Assembly (NCBI GenBank): GCA_965203275.1
Contig: OZ241865.1
Coordinates: 1,856,001-1,920,000 of the forward strand
DNA length: 64,000 bases
From: Bdellovibrionales bacterium
GTDB taxonomy: Bacteria > Bdellovibrionota > Bdellovibrionia > Bdellovibrionales > JAUICD01
Direction: 5' to 3'
Part shown: positions 11,222 to 22,124 of the stretch, piece by piece
How positions within the stretch are numbered: the first letter of the stretch is position 1
Layout of the letters: the number at the start of each line of letters is the position of its first letter
Program-made: the position numbers and the translations under genes
The notes under the pieces: model-generated
Database searches by the model: none
Told to the model about the DNA's origin: nothing
The model's input: the letters and a program-made list of their open reading frames with translations, nothing else

Positions 11222-11558
11222 GCTTCACTAAAAGTGGTCTGGCCTCTGGCCACTTTCTGGTTGCCAGCCGAAGGCTATTCGCCTTCTCAAATGCTGGCAA
11301 CCTAGAAAGCCTGACCACTTTTAGTAGAAAGGATCCTTTCCTCTTTTAACACCATGTTAAGGAAAATTTCTTTTATTACCTCAAGAGCAAGCGGGTTTAC
11401 AAATGAAACTCTTTTTCCTTAACATGATGTTAAGAAACGAAGGGATCCTCCTACTAAAAGTAAACGGACTTTTGAGGTAGCCAGCCTTTGATCGACGGCG
11501 AAAGCCGTCGGGCTGGCTACCCAAAAGTGACCAGAGGTCAGTTTACTTTTAGTGAAAC
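11222..11558. repeat. Inverted pair of module A copies (11222-11362 minus, 11417-11558 plus)
   Basis: Consensus match; the plus copy ends just before the tRNA-Trp CCA end. Confidence 0.85.
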
Positions 11559-11562
11559 AACC

Positions 11563-11638
11563 TGGCAGGGCAGGCAGGATTCGAACCCACGGCCTACGGA
11601 TTTGGAGTCCGTCGCTCTACCAACTGAGCTACTACCCT
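11563..11638 (-). tRNA. tRNA-Trp (CCA)
   Basis: Cloverleaf; anticodon arm ACGGA-CTCCAAA-TCCGT; GTTCGAATC; encoded CCA. Confidence 0.95.
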
Positions 11639-11891
11639 TTTTACTTAAACTGCTATAAATGAATAAGTTTCTGTTCGTTGTGAATAAAAAATATCTTTTT
11701 ATTTATAGATCATAAATTGTACTATCGGTAAAATAGTTATCTTCAATATTTCTTAACATATTCAGTTTATTTATTATACATTATTTTTTTGCCTATGTTG
11801 AAAATATTTTAATATCAAGTTAAAATGAATTGTGTCGATGATCCAGTAATCCAATAAGTTATATAAAAATGCATACAAAGGATTATAAATA

Positions 11892-14567
11892 ATGCCTTCT
11901 TCAAATAACAATTTATCTTCTCAATACAACGCTCAAGCTATTGAAGAAAAAATATATCACTTTTGGGAAGCTCAAGATTTTTTTAGCTGTAATGATAATG
12001 AAAGTCCTTCGTTTTGCATTATGCTCCCTCCTCCTAATGTCACAGGCTCTCTCCACTTAGGTCATGCCCTTGATCATACTATTCAAGATGTTCTGATCCG
12101 ATGGAAAAGAATGAATGGTATCAACACCCTTTGGCAACCAGGTTTAGATCATGCAGGTATTGCCACTCAAAGTGTTGTAGAAAAACATCTACAAAAACAA
12201 GGTATTAAAAAAGATATCAGTCGTGAAGATTTTCTCAAGCATGCATGGTCTTGGAAAGAAAAATATAGCCAAAGAATCATCCATCAAATGAAAAAGCTTG
12301 GAGATTCTTGTGATTGGAAAAGAAATCGTTTTACCTTAGATAAAGGTTTTTCACAAGCTGTTAAAAAAGCATTTGTTCATCTGTACAATGAAGGGTTTAT
12401 TTATCGGGGGCAAAGGTTAGTTAATTGGGACTTAAAACTAAAGTCAGCTGTTTCTGATTTAGAGGTAGAACATCAACAACAAAATGGATTTTTATGGTAT
12501 ATCAAATATGTACTCGAAGATCAAAAGGAATACCTAACTATTGCTACTACAAGACCAGAGACTCTATTAGGTGACACAGCTCTTGCTGTACATCCTCAAG
12601 ATGAAAGGTATAAAAAGTATATAGGTCAAAAAGCCCTACACCCTATCCTTGACAGGAAGATCATCATCTTAGGAGATGAGTTTGTCGATCCAGAATTTGG
12701 ATCGGGTGTTGTCAAAATCACACCAGCCCATGATTTTAAAGATTATGATGTAGGTAAAAGACATAACCTAGACTTTATTAATATACTTGAAACCAATGGC
12801 TTATTGAATGCCAATGCAGGTCTTTATCAAGGACTTACCCTACCTCAGGCCAGGGAAAAAATACTCAACGATTTAACTGAAAAAAAAATGCTTATAAAAC
12901 AAGAGTCTTATCAAGTCACTGTTCCTGTGAGCCAACGTTCAGGTGAAATTATCGAACCTCTTCTTTCTCAACAATGGTTTGTAAAAAGCTCTTTAATGGC
13001 AGATAAAGCCAAAGAAGTGATTGAAACAAAAGCTATTTGTTTTGAACCAGAGCTTTGGACAAGCACTTACCTACATTGGATGAACCATCTTCAGGATTGG
13101 TGTATTTCGCGTCAACTATGGTGGGGACATCAAATCCCTGCATGGTTTTGCAAAGATTGTGATCAAATTTCTGTCTCTGAAACCCATATCAATAAATGCC
13201 AGCACTGTTTATCAGAAAACATTAACCAAGAGGAGGATGTTTTAGATACGTGGTTTAGCTCTGCCCTTTGGCCTTTTGGCACACTTGGATGGCCAGAACA
13301 AACACCTGCTTTCAAAACTTTTTACCCTACAGATGTGTTGGTCACAGGGCATGATATTATTTTCTTTTGGGTGAGCCGTATGGTTATGGCTGGCCTCCAT
13401 CATGTTCAAGAAATACCTTTTAGAAAGGTTTATATCCACGGTATTGTGAGGGATAACAAAGGTAAAAAAATGTCTAAGTCACTTGGAAATACTTTAGACC
13501 CTATTGAACTCATTGAAAAATATGGGGCGGATGCTTTACGTTTAACACTTATGTCACAGGTTGCTGGTGGAAGAGATTTAAAATTCTCTACAAAAAACTT
13601 AGAAAGTTATAGAAATTTTCTAAATAAGCTTTGGAATGCAGCCCGTTTTACTCTTTCTCTTTTAACAAATAGCTCTCAAAAAGATTTGCCTGATAGGCCT
13701 CACACCACAACGCTCCCTGATCGGTGGATTATTTATAAACTAGGTTTATTAGAAAGTGCTGTTAATACAAAATTAGAACACTTTAAATTTTCAGAAGTGA
13801 CCTTATTGCTTTATGATTTTGTGTGGCATGATTTTTGTGATTGGTATTTAGAATTAATAAAACCTATTGTTTATCAGAAAGACAATGCTCAAAAAGCTGA
13901 TGTGTTGTGTGTGCTTTTGACAGTTTTGAATCGTATTTGTAGATTATTACATCCATTGATTCCCTTTGTCACAGAAGAAATCTACCAAAAACTTCCTATT
14001 AAAAATCAAGCTTGTATTATTGATAGCTTCCCTCAGGTGACCAGTGATAGAAAATTCTTAAGTTTAGGTTCAAAGGAGGATGCTTTTAAGATGGACTTCA
14101 TCAAAAAAATAATCACTGCGATTAGAAATATTCGAGGAGAAAATAATATCCCTCATCATAAGAAACTAAAAGTAGAGCTTGTGACAAAAAATATTCAAAA
14201 CAAGGATATGCTTGAAATGCATAAGTCTTTTATTTTAAATCTTGCTGGAGTTGAAGATTGTAAGATCACTTCTGATGCTCTTGATTTATCAGAGACAGCT
14301 GTGGCTCTTGTACAACATGGTCAGAGTAAGATTCAAGTCATTGTGTTTTTAGTAGGAGTAGTTGACTTTAAAGAAGAATCTAAGAGATTAAAAAAGAATA
14401 TAAATAAAATTCAAATGGAGATACAAAAACTCAAAGCATTACTTGAAAATTCTAGCTTTGTAGATAAAGCTCCTCAAAAGGTCGTAGAGCAAAGCAAAAA
14501 AAAGCTTAATGATTTAGAAGATAAAAAAAACAAACTGGAAAACAATTTATTGAATTTAAAGGTATAA
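11892..14567 (+). CDS. valS: Valine--tRNA ligase
   Basis: PPPNVTGSLHLGH, DWCISRQLWWGH, KMSKS, C-terminal coiled coil. Confidence 0.97.
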   Translation: MPSSNNNLSSQYNAQAIEEKIYHFWEAQDFFSCNDNESPSFCIMLPPPNVTGSLHLGHALDHTIQDVLIRWKRMNGINTLWQPGLDHAGIATQSVVEKHLQKQGIKKDISREDFLKHAWSWKEKYSQRIIHQMKKLGDSCDWKRNRFTLDKGFSQAVKKAFVHLYNEGFIYRGQRLVNWDLKLKSAVSDLEVEHQQQNGFLWYIKYVLEDQKEYLTIATTRPETLLGDTALAVHPQDERYKKYIGQKALHPILDRKIIILGDEFVDPEFGSGVVKITPAHDFKDYDVGKRHNLDFINILETNGLLNANAGLYQGLTLPQAREKILNDLTEKKMLIKQESYQVTVPVSQRSGEIIEPLLSQQWFVKSSLMADKAKEVIETKAICFEPELWTSTYLHWMNHLQDWCISRQLWWGHQIPAWFCKDCDQISVSETHINKCQHCLSENINQEEDVLDTWFSSALWPFGTLGWPEQTPAFKTFYPTDVLVTGHDIIFFWVSRMVMAGLHHVQEIPFRKVYIHGIVRDNKGKKMSKSLGNTLDPIELIEKYGADALRLTLMSQVAGGRDLKFSTKNLESYRNFLNKLWNAARFTLSLLTNSSQKDLPDRPHTTTLPDRWIIYKLGLLESAVNTKLEHFKFSEVTLLLYDFVWHDFCDWYLELIKPIVYQKDNAQKADVLCVLLTVLNRICRLLHPLIPFVTEEIYQKLPIKNQACIIDSFPQVTSDRKFLSLGSKEDAFKMDFIKKIITAIRNIRGENNIPHHKKLKVELVTKNIQNKDMLEMHKSFILNLAGVEDCKITSDALDLSETAVALVQHGQSKIQVIVFLVGVVDFKEESKRLKKNINKIQMEIQKLKALLENSSFVDKAPQKVVEQSKKKLNDLEDKKNKLENNLLNLKV

Positions 14568-15286
14568 TATATTTCATAAGTCTGTTAAAATTTAATAATA
14601 CCGCATCAAAGTCAGAATCGACAAAACACGCTTCGAATACATTACAAAAAGAGTGGATCAATTGGTATAATTGCTTTTTAAGAAAAAAATAAATTAAAAC
14701 TTTAGGAAAAAATAAAAAATATACGGCACGTGGCACAGCCGGGTAGCGTACATGCTTGGGGTGCATGAGGCCCCATTGACTTTGATGCTCTTAATATAAA
14801 ACTTATGCCTGACTTTTTAAAGGTATAATATATTTCATAAGTCTGTTGAAAATTAACAATACCGCATCAAAGTCAGAATCGACACAACACGCTTTAAATA
14901 CATTACAAAAAGAGTGATCAGTTGATATGATTTCTTTTTAAGAAGAAAATAAATAAAACTTTTTATAAAATAAAAAATATACGGCACGTGGCGCAGCCGG
15001 GTAGCGTACATGCTTGGGGTGCATGAGGCCCCATTGACTTTGATGCTCTTAATATAAAACTTATGCCTGACTTTTTAAAGGTATAATATATTTCATAAGT
15101 CTGTTGAAAATTAACAATACCGCATCAAAGTCAGAATCGACACAACACGCTTTAAATACATTACAAAAAGAGTGATCAGTTGATATGATTTCTTTTTAAG
15201 AAGAAAATAAATAAAACTTTTTATAAAATAAAAAATATACGGCACGTGGCGCAGCCGGGTAGCGTACATGCTTGGGGTGCATGAGG
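14555..15286 (+). repeat. 258-bp tandem triplication containing two 5'-half tRNA-Pro copies
   Basis: CGGCACGTGGC at 14724, 14982 and 15240; first two copies end after the anticodon arm. Confidence 0.9.
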
Positions 15287-15316
15287 TCGCTGGTTCAAAT
15301 CCAGTCGTGCCGACCA
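15240..15316 (+). tRNA. tRNA-Pro (GGG)
   Basis: Cloverleaf; CATGC-TTGGGGT-GCATG; GGTTCAAATCC; CCA end. Confidence 0.95.
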
Positions 15317-15340
15317 ACATAACCTCAAAAGGAAATAAAA

Positions 15341-17164
15341 ATGCAAACATTTTATAAAAATTTATACATTATATTTTTCATAGGATGGCTATGTGCCTTA
15401 TATACCCACCCCACCTATGCTAATAACCCTAGTGTATCTGCCTCTGTAGATAAAGATAAGGTCCAGTTGAATCAATACCTGTCTTACTTAATCACTGTTG
15501 AATCTCAAGATTCAGTCAATGTATCTGAGCCAAGACTGCCAGCTGTTGAAGGATTAGAATTCTTTTCGCGTAGTCAGAGCAGTCAATTTTTTACATCTTT
15601 GATGAATGGAACAATGCAAAGCACCCGTCGTCAAATACTCACCTATAGATTCAAAGTTACAAAAGTAGGCCAGCTGACGATCCCTTCCACAGAAGTATAT
15701 ATAGACAATACACCTTATGAAACCAATCCTGTTACAATTACAGTGCAGGAAGAGCCTGTCACACAGCAACCACAAAATAAAAGAAGATCTCTTTTTGACT
15801 TTGATGAAGCTGACGATTTATTCTCACAATTTTTTGGAACACCACGAAATACAACGCCTAACGAAGATCTTACGGATGCCTTTTTTATACAAGTAGAAAC
15901 TGATAAAAAAGAAGTTTATGTAGGGGAACAAATTATGGTTTCTTGGTACTTATATACAAAACATCATATTGCTGATATCAATACTCTCAAATACCCCTTA
16001 CTTCAAGGGTTTTGGAAGGAGGATATCCACACAGCTAATCGCCTGGCCTTCACGCAAGAGATACATGAGGGTGTGATATATAAAAAAGCACTCCTTGCAA
16101 GATACGCTCTATTCCCTATCAATGCAGGCAGATCATATATAGATTCTTATGAAGTGCAATGTGAAGTTGTCCCTGCTTTTGGTTTTAATAGGTTTTCCTT
16201 TTCTAGAGGCAAAACATATCAAAATAAAAGTAATGAAATAGCAATTCAAATAAAGCCCTTACCTATTGAAAATCAACCTGAAGGATTTTCTGGAGCAGTA
16301 GGACAGTATAACTTAATACTTCAAAAACCTAAAACAACAGAAATGAAAGTCAATGAGCCTTTTAGTTACACCCTCAAGTTTGAAGGAAAAGGTAATGCAA
16401 AACGTATTCAGTTACCTGCATTTAATTTACCAGAAGGACTTGAAAGCTATGACACAAAAACCACATCTAAATACCTTCAAAACGGTCATGGTTATAAAGA
16501 ATTTGAAATGTTATTAATCCCTCGCAAGCCTGGTGAAATTTCTATTCCTCCTATCAGGTTTAGTTATTTTGATCCCCAACAGGAAACCTATATTCAAAAA
16601 GAAATTCCTTCTTGGCAAATTAATGTTTTACCAAGCCTAACTTCTACAAAAACTTCTCACACATTTAAGCAAGAAATCAAAACTACAAATATAGAAGATA
16701 TACTCAATCAACCAGAAGTTGTGATATCTATGCCTTTGCTCTCTCAAGAAACAAAAAAAATATTATGGATTATTGTTTATATAGGACTCTTTTTTATTTT
16801 AATAGTTAAAGCTCTGTGGAGTTTTGGCTTAATGAATAAAAAGCAACCACAGGTTACATTTGAAGAACGTTGGAAGGTCATCTATGAATTAGAATCTCAA
16901 AAACAATTTCGTCAACTGGGGCGTAATGTATTACAGCTTGTGAGTGATAGATTAACTCAAATCTCTACAAAAAAAGATGTCACCATCGAGGAACTTTTAG
17001 ATAATACCCCTTTGCGTATTCAAAAGAAACTCAAAAAACCTTTAATTGAATTACTGATTCATTTTGAAGCCCTTGCATTTGCTTCTGAAGATGCTATCAA
17101 ACAAATAGATCAACAGCAAATTCACAAAGACCTCAACAAACTAAAACAAGTGTTGTTTCACTAA
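15341..17164 (+). CDS. BatD-family exported protein
   Basis: Signal peptide, repeated Ig-like blocks (KKEVYVGEQ, FSGAVGQY, FSYFDP), C-terminal TM helix. Confidence 0.8.
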   Translation: MQTFYKNLYIIFFIGWLCALYTHPTYANNPSVSASVDKDKVQLNQYLSYLITVESQDSVNVSEPRLPAVEGLEFFSRSQSSQFFTSLMNGTMQSTRRQILTYRFKVTKVGQLTIPSTEVYIDNTPYETNPVTITVQEEPVTQQPQNKRRSLFDFDEADDLFSQFFGTPRNTTPNEDLTDAFFIQVETDKKEVYVGEQIMVSWYLYTKHHIADINTLKYPLLQGFWKEDIHTANRLAFTQEIHEGVIYKKALLARYALFPINAGRSYIDSYEVQCEVVPAFGFNRFSFSRGKTYQNKSNEIAIQIKPLPIENQPEGFSGAVGQYNLILQKPKTTEMKVNEPFSYTLKFEGKGNAKRIQLPAFNLPEGLESYDTKTTSKYLQNGHGYKEFEMLLIPRKPGEISIPPIRFSYFDPQQETYIQKEIPSWQINVLPSLTSTKTSHTFKQEIKTTNIEDILNQPEVVISMPLLSQETKKILWIIVYIGLFFILIVKALWSFGLMNKKQPQVTFEERWKVIYELESQKQFRQLGRNVLQLVSDRLTQISTKKDVTIEELLDNTPLRIQKKLKKPLIELLIHFEALAFASEDAIKQIDQQQIHKDLNKLKQVLFH

Positions 17165-18190
17165 AAGTGGTCTATTTCACTCAAAGTGAACTGACCTCTG
17201 GTCACTTTCTGGTTGCCAGCCGAAGGCTACCGCCTTCTCAAATGCTGGCAACCTAGAAAGCCTGTTCACTTTGAGTAAGAAGGATCTCTTCATTTCTTTA
17301 CTCCATGTTAAGGAAAAAGTTCCTTCTTACGCCTTGAATGTTGCCTGCAATGGCTTTCGCCATTGGCAAAATGGTCATCACCTAAAAAATCCGCTCATTT
17401 TGAGTAGGGAGGATCCTCTCGTCTCTTCACTACATGTTAAGGAAACAAGCTATCCGCTTCATCCCTGCCTGACTGCCGGATCCCAGATCCCGGATCCCGG
17501 AAAAGATCAAATTTGACTTTAAGTATTTTTACACAGTTTATATAAAAAAGCTCCTAATTTATCTGCTTGTTTTGCTAATTCCATGTAGCCACTAAATTCC
17601 AAGTCTAGTATTGCCTGAACTGTTTTTCACTAAAAGTAAACTAGCCTCTGGCCACTTTTGGATGATGACCACGACGACTGTCGTCGTCGATAAAATGGTC
17701 ATCACCTCAAAAATCCGTTTACTTTTAGTAGGGAGGATCCCTTCGTCTCTTGACCACATGTTAAGGAAAAAGAGTTTCATTTGTAAGCCCGCTTGCTCCC
17801 CAAAGCAAGCGAAGGTTGAGGACTTCGGAAGCCTGCACCCGCATTCCACTCATAAAAAACATACAAATGAAGAAGCAGAATCGAAGGGTGGCGGGTGGGG
17901 TTAGGGAGTTCGTTGGTTCACTCAAAGTGAACTGACCTCTGGTCACTTTTAGTAGAGAGAATCTCCTCGTCTCTTAACTACATGTTAAGGAAAAAAAAGT
18001 TCTTTCTGATGCCGGGTTCCCGGATCACGGATCCCGGGATCCGGGATCTGATGGCGGGTTGCCAGATTCCAGATCCCGGGATCCGGGATCTGATGGCGGG
18101 TTGCCAGATTCCAGATCCCGGGATCCGGGATCTGATGGCGGGTTGCCAGATTCCAGATCCCGGATAAACAAAATGTTAGGGAAACAAGAT
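17155..18190 (-). repeat. Mosaic of module A copies (17175, 17624, partials), module C fragment and module B 42-bp tandem
   Basis: Consensus matches; GATCCCGGGATCCGGGATCTGATGGCGGGTTGCCAGATTCCA x3. Confidence 0.85.
17519..17620 (-). pseudogene. 3' remnant of four-helix-bundle gene
   Basis: Reverse strand encodes VQAILDLEFSGYMELAKQADKLGAFLYKLCKNT*. Confidence 0.85.
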
Positions 18191-19997
18191 GTTTATTTTC
18201 TTTTTTCCATAAAGCACCACTACCGCGTCCTTGAGCTTCATATCCATTTTCCTTTAGTCTGTTGCGAATTGTCATATCCGAAATGTTATCAAACTCTGTT
18301 ATTCCAGCGTCCTTTATTTGCTTGAAAGTTAAACCTTCCGGATGATCTGCAAAGAGAGCTTCTAACTTGCGACTAATTATTGTCTTTTCTTCATCTTTTT
18401 TTGTTTGATGGCCTTGCTGATGCCATAAAGCCCACGGACCGTGTCCTTGGACTTCATATCCATTTTCCTTTAGTCTTCTTTTAATTGTCATATCTGAAAT
18501 GTTACTAAACTCTGTTATTCCAGCGTCCTTTATTTGCTTGAAAGTTAAACCTTCCGGATGATTTGCAAAGAGATCTTCTAACTTGCGACTAATTATTGCT
18601 TTTTCTTCATCTTTTTTTGTTTGATGGCCTTGCTGATGATTCCATAAAGCACCTGCACGTCCTTGAGCTTCATATCCATTTTCCTTTAGTCTTCTATTAA
18701 TTGTCATATCTGAAATGTTAGCAAACTCTGATATTCCAGCGTCCTTTATCTGCTTGAAAGTTAAACCTTCCGGATGATTTGCAAAGAGATCTTCTAGCTT
18801 ACGAGTAATTATTGCCTTTTTTTCATCTTGTCTTGTTTGATGATTCCATAAAGCACCCGGACCGAGTCCTTGAGCTTCATATCCATTTTCCTTTAGTCTG
18901 TTGTAAATTATATAATCTGAAATGTTAGCAAACTCTGGTATTCCAGCCTTTATCTGCTTGAAAGTTAAACCTTCCGGATGATTTGCAAAGAGATCTTCTA
19001 GCTTACGAGTAATTATTGCCTTTTTTTCATCTTGTCTTGTTTGATGATTCCATAAAGCACCCGGACCGAGTCCTTGAGCTTCATATCCATTTTCCTTTAG
19101 TCTGTTGCGAATTGTCCCATCCGAAATGTTATCAAACTCTGTTATTCCAGCGTCCTTTATTTGCTTGAAAGTTAAACCTTCCGGATGATCTGCAAAGAGA
19201 GTTTCTAGTTTAAGAGTAATTATTTCTTTTTCTTCTTGAGATTGAAGGTAATGGTTTCTCTTTGATATGCTTAATAAAGTTTGTCTGGCTTGTTCAATCT
19301 TATGAAACAAATCTTCTTTTATTTTTATGGGAGGTTTATTTAAAAGCTCTGATAAAAAATAGCTCATACCAGTATCCACACTAAAAGTTGCTAAAAAGAA
19401 ATGTTCTGGAAATATAGAGATAAAAAAAGTTTTATTATCTGAATTATTCCGCATATATCTAATCTCTTCCTCTTTCTCTTGAACAGCTCTTTCAAAGAAT
19501 GCAATTGCACTTTCATCATACATAAGGTTAGGTACAGAAGATATATCCCCTAAATGAAGGATGAGCAGATCATTATACTTAAATAAGAGGGAGTCACGAG
19601 GCTGAATATCTAACTGACTTAAAAGAAATTCTTGAACTTCTCTTAAAATATTTAGTTCTTTCAAAATAAGACCTAAGGCATTAAAAGTAGGAGTGTCATC
19701 TATAATATCTGTATCATTCAAGTAATTGAGTTTTTCGTTTGAAGACTCTACTCTTGTCAAAGTTGCCAGAAGAATATGTTTTGTATTCACTGTTTGAGAC
19801 CCAGAAACATAAGCTATTAACGAAGCTCGAGATAACATATATCGAGAGTTGGGAGCAAGCTCTCTTAAAGTTCTCTCGTCAAGTTGTTGTTTGTCCATCA
19901 TAAGGCTTTCGGCACAAGCCCATAGAGAACCGCTGGCAGTCAGCAAAATAGTAAAAAATAAGCATAAAAGATATTTTTTCATCATAAGGAAAGCCAT
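17985..19997 (-). CDS. Signal-peptide protein with Clp-N-like region and five ~65-aa winged-helix-like repeats; C-terminus reads into repeats
   Basis: LFA(D/N)HPEGLTFKQIK...ISDxxIxxRLKENGY x5; leader resembles the ankyrin-gene leaders. Confidence 0.7.
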   Translation of the reverse strand: MAFLMMKKYLLCLFFTILLTASGSLWACAESLMMDKQQLDERTLRELAPNSRYMLSRASLIAYVSGSQTVNTKHILLATLTRVESSNEKLNYLNDTDIIDDTPTFNALGLILKELNILREVQEFLLSQLDIQPRDSLLFKYNDLLILHLGDISSVPNLMYDESAIAFFERAVQEKEEEIRYMRNNSDNKTFFISIFPEHFFLATFSVDTGMSYFLSELLNKPPIKIKEDLFHKIEQARQTLLSISKRNHYLQSQEEKEIITLKLETLFADHPEGLTFKQIKDAGITEFDNISDGTIRNRLKENGYEAQGLGPGALWNHQTRQDEKKAIITRKLEDLFANHPEGLTFKQIKAGIPEFANISDYIIYNRLKENGYEAQGLGPGALWNHQTRQDEKKAIITRKLEDLFANHPEGLTFKQIKDAGISEFANISDMTINRRLKENGYEAQGRAGALWNHQQGHQTKKDEEKAIISRKLEDLFANHPEGLTFKQIKDAGITEFSNISDMTIKRRLKENGYEVQGHGPWALWHQQGHQTKKDEEKTIISRKLEALFADHPEGLTFKQIKDAGITEFDNISDMTIRNRLKENGYEAQGRGSGALWKKENKHLVSLTFCLSGIWNLATRHQIPDPGIWNLATRHQIPDPGIWNLATRHQIPDPGIRDPGTRHQKELFFP

Positions 19998-20031
19998 ATT
20001 ATAGGATTTACTTCTTTATAGCAAGTATTTT

Positions 20032-20680
20032 TTTTCACTCAAAATGCATCATGCCTCTGGTTCACTAAAAGTAAACCAACCTCTGGTTGCTTTTGGATAG
20101 CCAGCCCGACGACTTTCGTCGTCGATCAAAGGCTGGCTACCTCAAAAGTCCGTTTACTTTTAGTAGGGAGGATCCTCTCGTCTCTTTACACGATGTTAAG
20201 GGTTTGTCTCACTAAAAGTAAACTGACCTCTGGTCACTTTTGGGTAGCCAGCCCGACGGCTACCGCCGTCGATCAAAGGCTGGCAACCTCAAAAGTCCGT
20301 TTACTTTTAGTAAAGAGGATCCCTTCGTTTTTTTAACACGATGTTAGGGAAAAAGTTCAGTTTTAGGACCTGATGCCGGGTTGCCGGATCCCAGATCCCG
20401 GATAAACATCATGTTAAGGAAAAAGTTCCTTTATCGCAAACTGCTTGCTCTTGAGGTAATAAAAGAAATTTTCCTTAACATGATGTAAAAGAATAAAAGG
20501 ATCCTCCCCTACTCAAAATGAGTGGATTTTTTAGGTGTTGCCTATTTTGTCAAAGGCGAAAGCCTTTGCAGGCAACACCAAAAAACACACCAGAGGTGTG
20601 GCTCATTTTGAGTGAAATGTTAAGGAAAAAGTTCAGTTTTAGGACCTGATGCCGGGTTGCCGGATCCCAGATCCCGGGTA
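20032..20680. repeat. Three module A copies (20060 minus, 20205 minus, 20473 plus) with module B
   Basis: Consensus matches. Confidence 0.85.
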
Positions 20681-20855
20681 AACACAATGACAGCTAGTTC
20701 AATTGGAAACAACATCTTTATTGACTTAGTATAACAGTTATCATAAAGTCTAACATCATCTCTTGTAAGACAGTCGTTATAAAAAATAACATTAAAAATG
20801 AATGGGGTCAAACATCTTGACCAATTAAGCTTGTTATATATTAGAGAGAGGCAAA

Positions 20856-22124
20856 ATGAAGATTTCCAAATTTAAAGCCCAAAATATAAAATGTTTTAAA
20901 GAAGTTGAAGTTTCATTTGAAACAGAAGCTTCAGAAACAGAAACTCCAAAATCTAAGAATTGGTCTCTGATTGTCGGGGACAATGGACAAGGTAAAACGA
21001 CTTTGCTAAGATGTATTGCCCTAGGTCTATGCGATGCTTCTGAAGTTGCTGCTTTGATTCTTGAACTGCACGGAGGCATTTTAAGAAATGATGAAAGTGA
21101 AGGCTCTATTGAAATCATTTTGAAAGATAAAAAAAATCAAAAATACAAAATTAAAACTCAAATAACATTCAATGGAAATACTGAAAATATATTTCAAGAA
21201 ATATTCAAACTCAAATCTAACGGCACATCAGATAAATTAAATAAAGAAGATGAAAGTCGAATTAGAGAACAGATATTTACCGTTGGCTATGGTCCTGGCA
21301 GATCTATCACAGGAAACAAATCTTATGAAGAATATGCTGTTGTAGATGCTCTATATACCTTATTTAATTATGAATATTATCTACAAAATGTAGAATTAGG
21401 CATGAGAAGACTTAACTCACAAAAAAAGCAAGAAAAATTACAAGAATCATTAAAAGAAATACTTATGTTTGATCCAGAGACTAAAATTTATTTATCGGAA
21501 AAAGGTATATATGTCAAACATCCTCAATGGGGAGATAAATCTTTTAACTCTTTAGGTGATGGCTATCGGTCATTAACTACTGTGATTGTAGATTTTTTAA
21601 GTTGGAGATTGCTGTACAACAATAAACAATTTGACTTTAAAAATACTTCAGGCATTTTTATTATTGATGAGCTAGAGCAACATCTTCATCCTAGGTGGCA
21701 AAGAAGAATTATTAAGTTACTTGCAGAGCAGTTTCCTAACATGCAATTTATAGCCAGTACACATTCATCTATTTGTGCTTTGGGCTTAAACGACTTAGAA
21801 TCTTCACAGCTCCTCAAAGCATCTTATACAAACCACCACAGTGAAATAACATCTTATGATATGAAAGAAGAATATAAAGGTTACAGAGTAGATCAAATTC
21901 TTACTTCTGAGATTTTTGACCTTGAAGATACAAGAAGTCTTACGATTGAAAAAAAGCTTTAAAAATACAGAGAAATTTATTTAAAAGAAGAAGACCAAAG
22001 AACACCTAAAGAAAAGCAAGAACTTAAAGAGATAGAAGAAGAATTAAAAAATTTACCTGTTTGGGATACAGTGCAGAACAGAAAAATGATGGAATCTATT
22101 CAAAAAAAGTTAGGTATCCAATAA
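20856..22124 (+). CDS. ABC/AAA ATPase (PtuA/retron-effector-like) with internal TAA at 21960-21962
   Basis: Walker A GDNGQGKT, LGDG signature, IIDELEQHLHP, STHS; frame stays open 53 codons past the stop. Confidence 0.8.

Noticed and set aside
11417..11558. Module A as a hammerhead ribozyme
   Set aside because: It has a three-way junction and GAAAC, but no CUGANGA; CTTTTG pairs with CAAAAG and covaries to CTTTCT/AGAAAG, so it is stem rather than catalytic core
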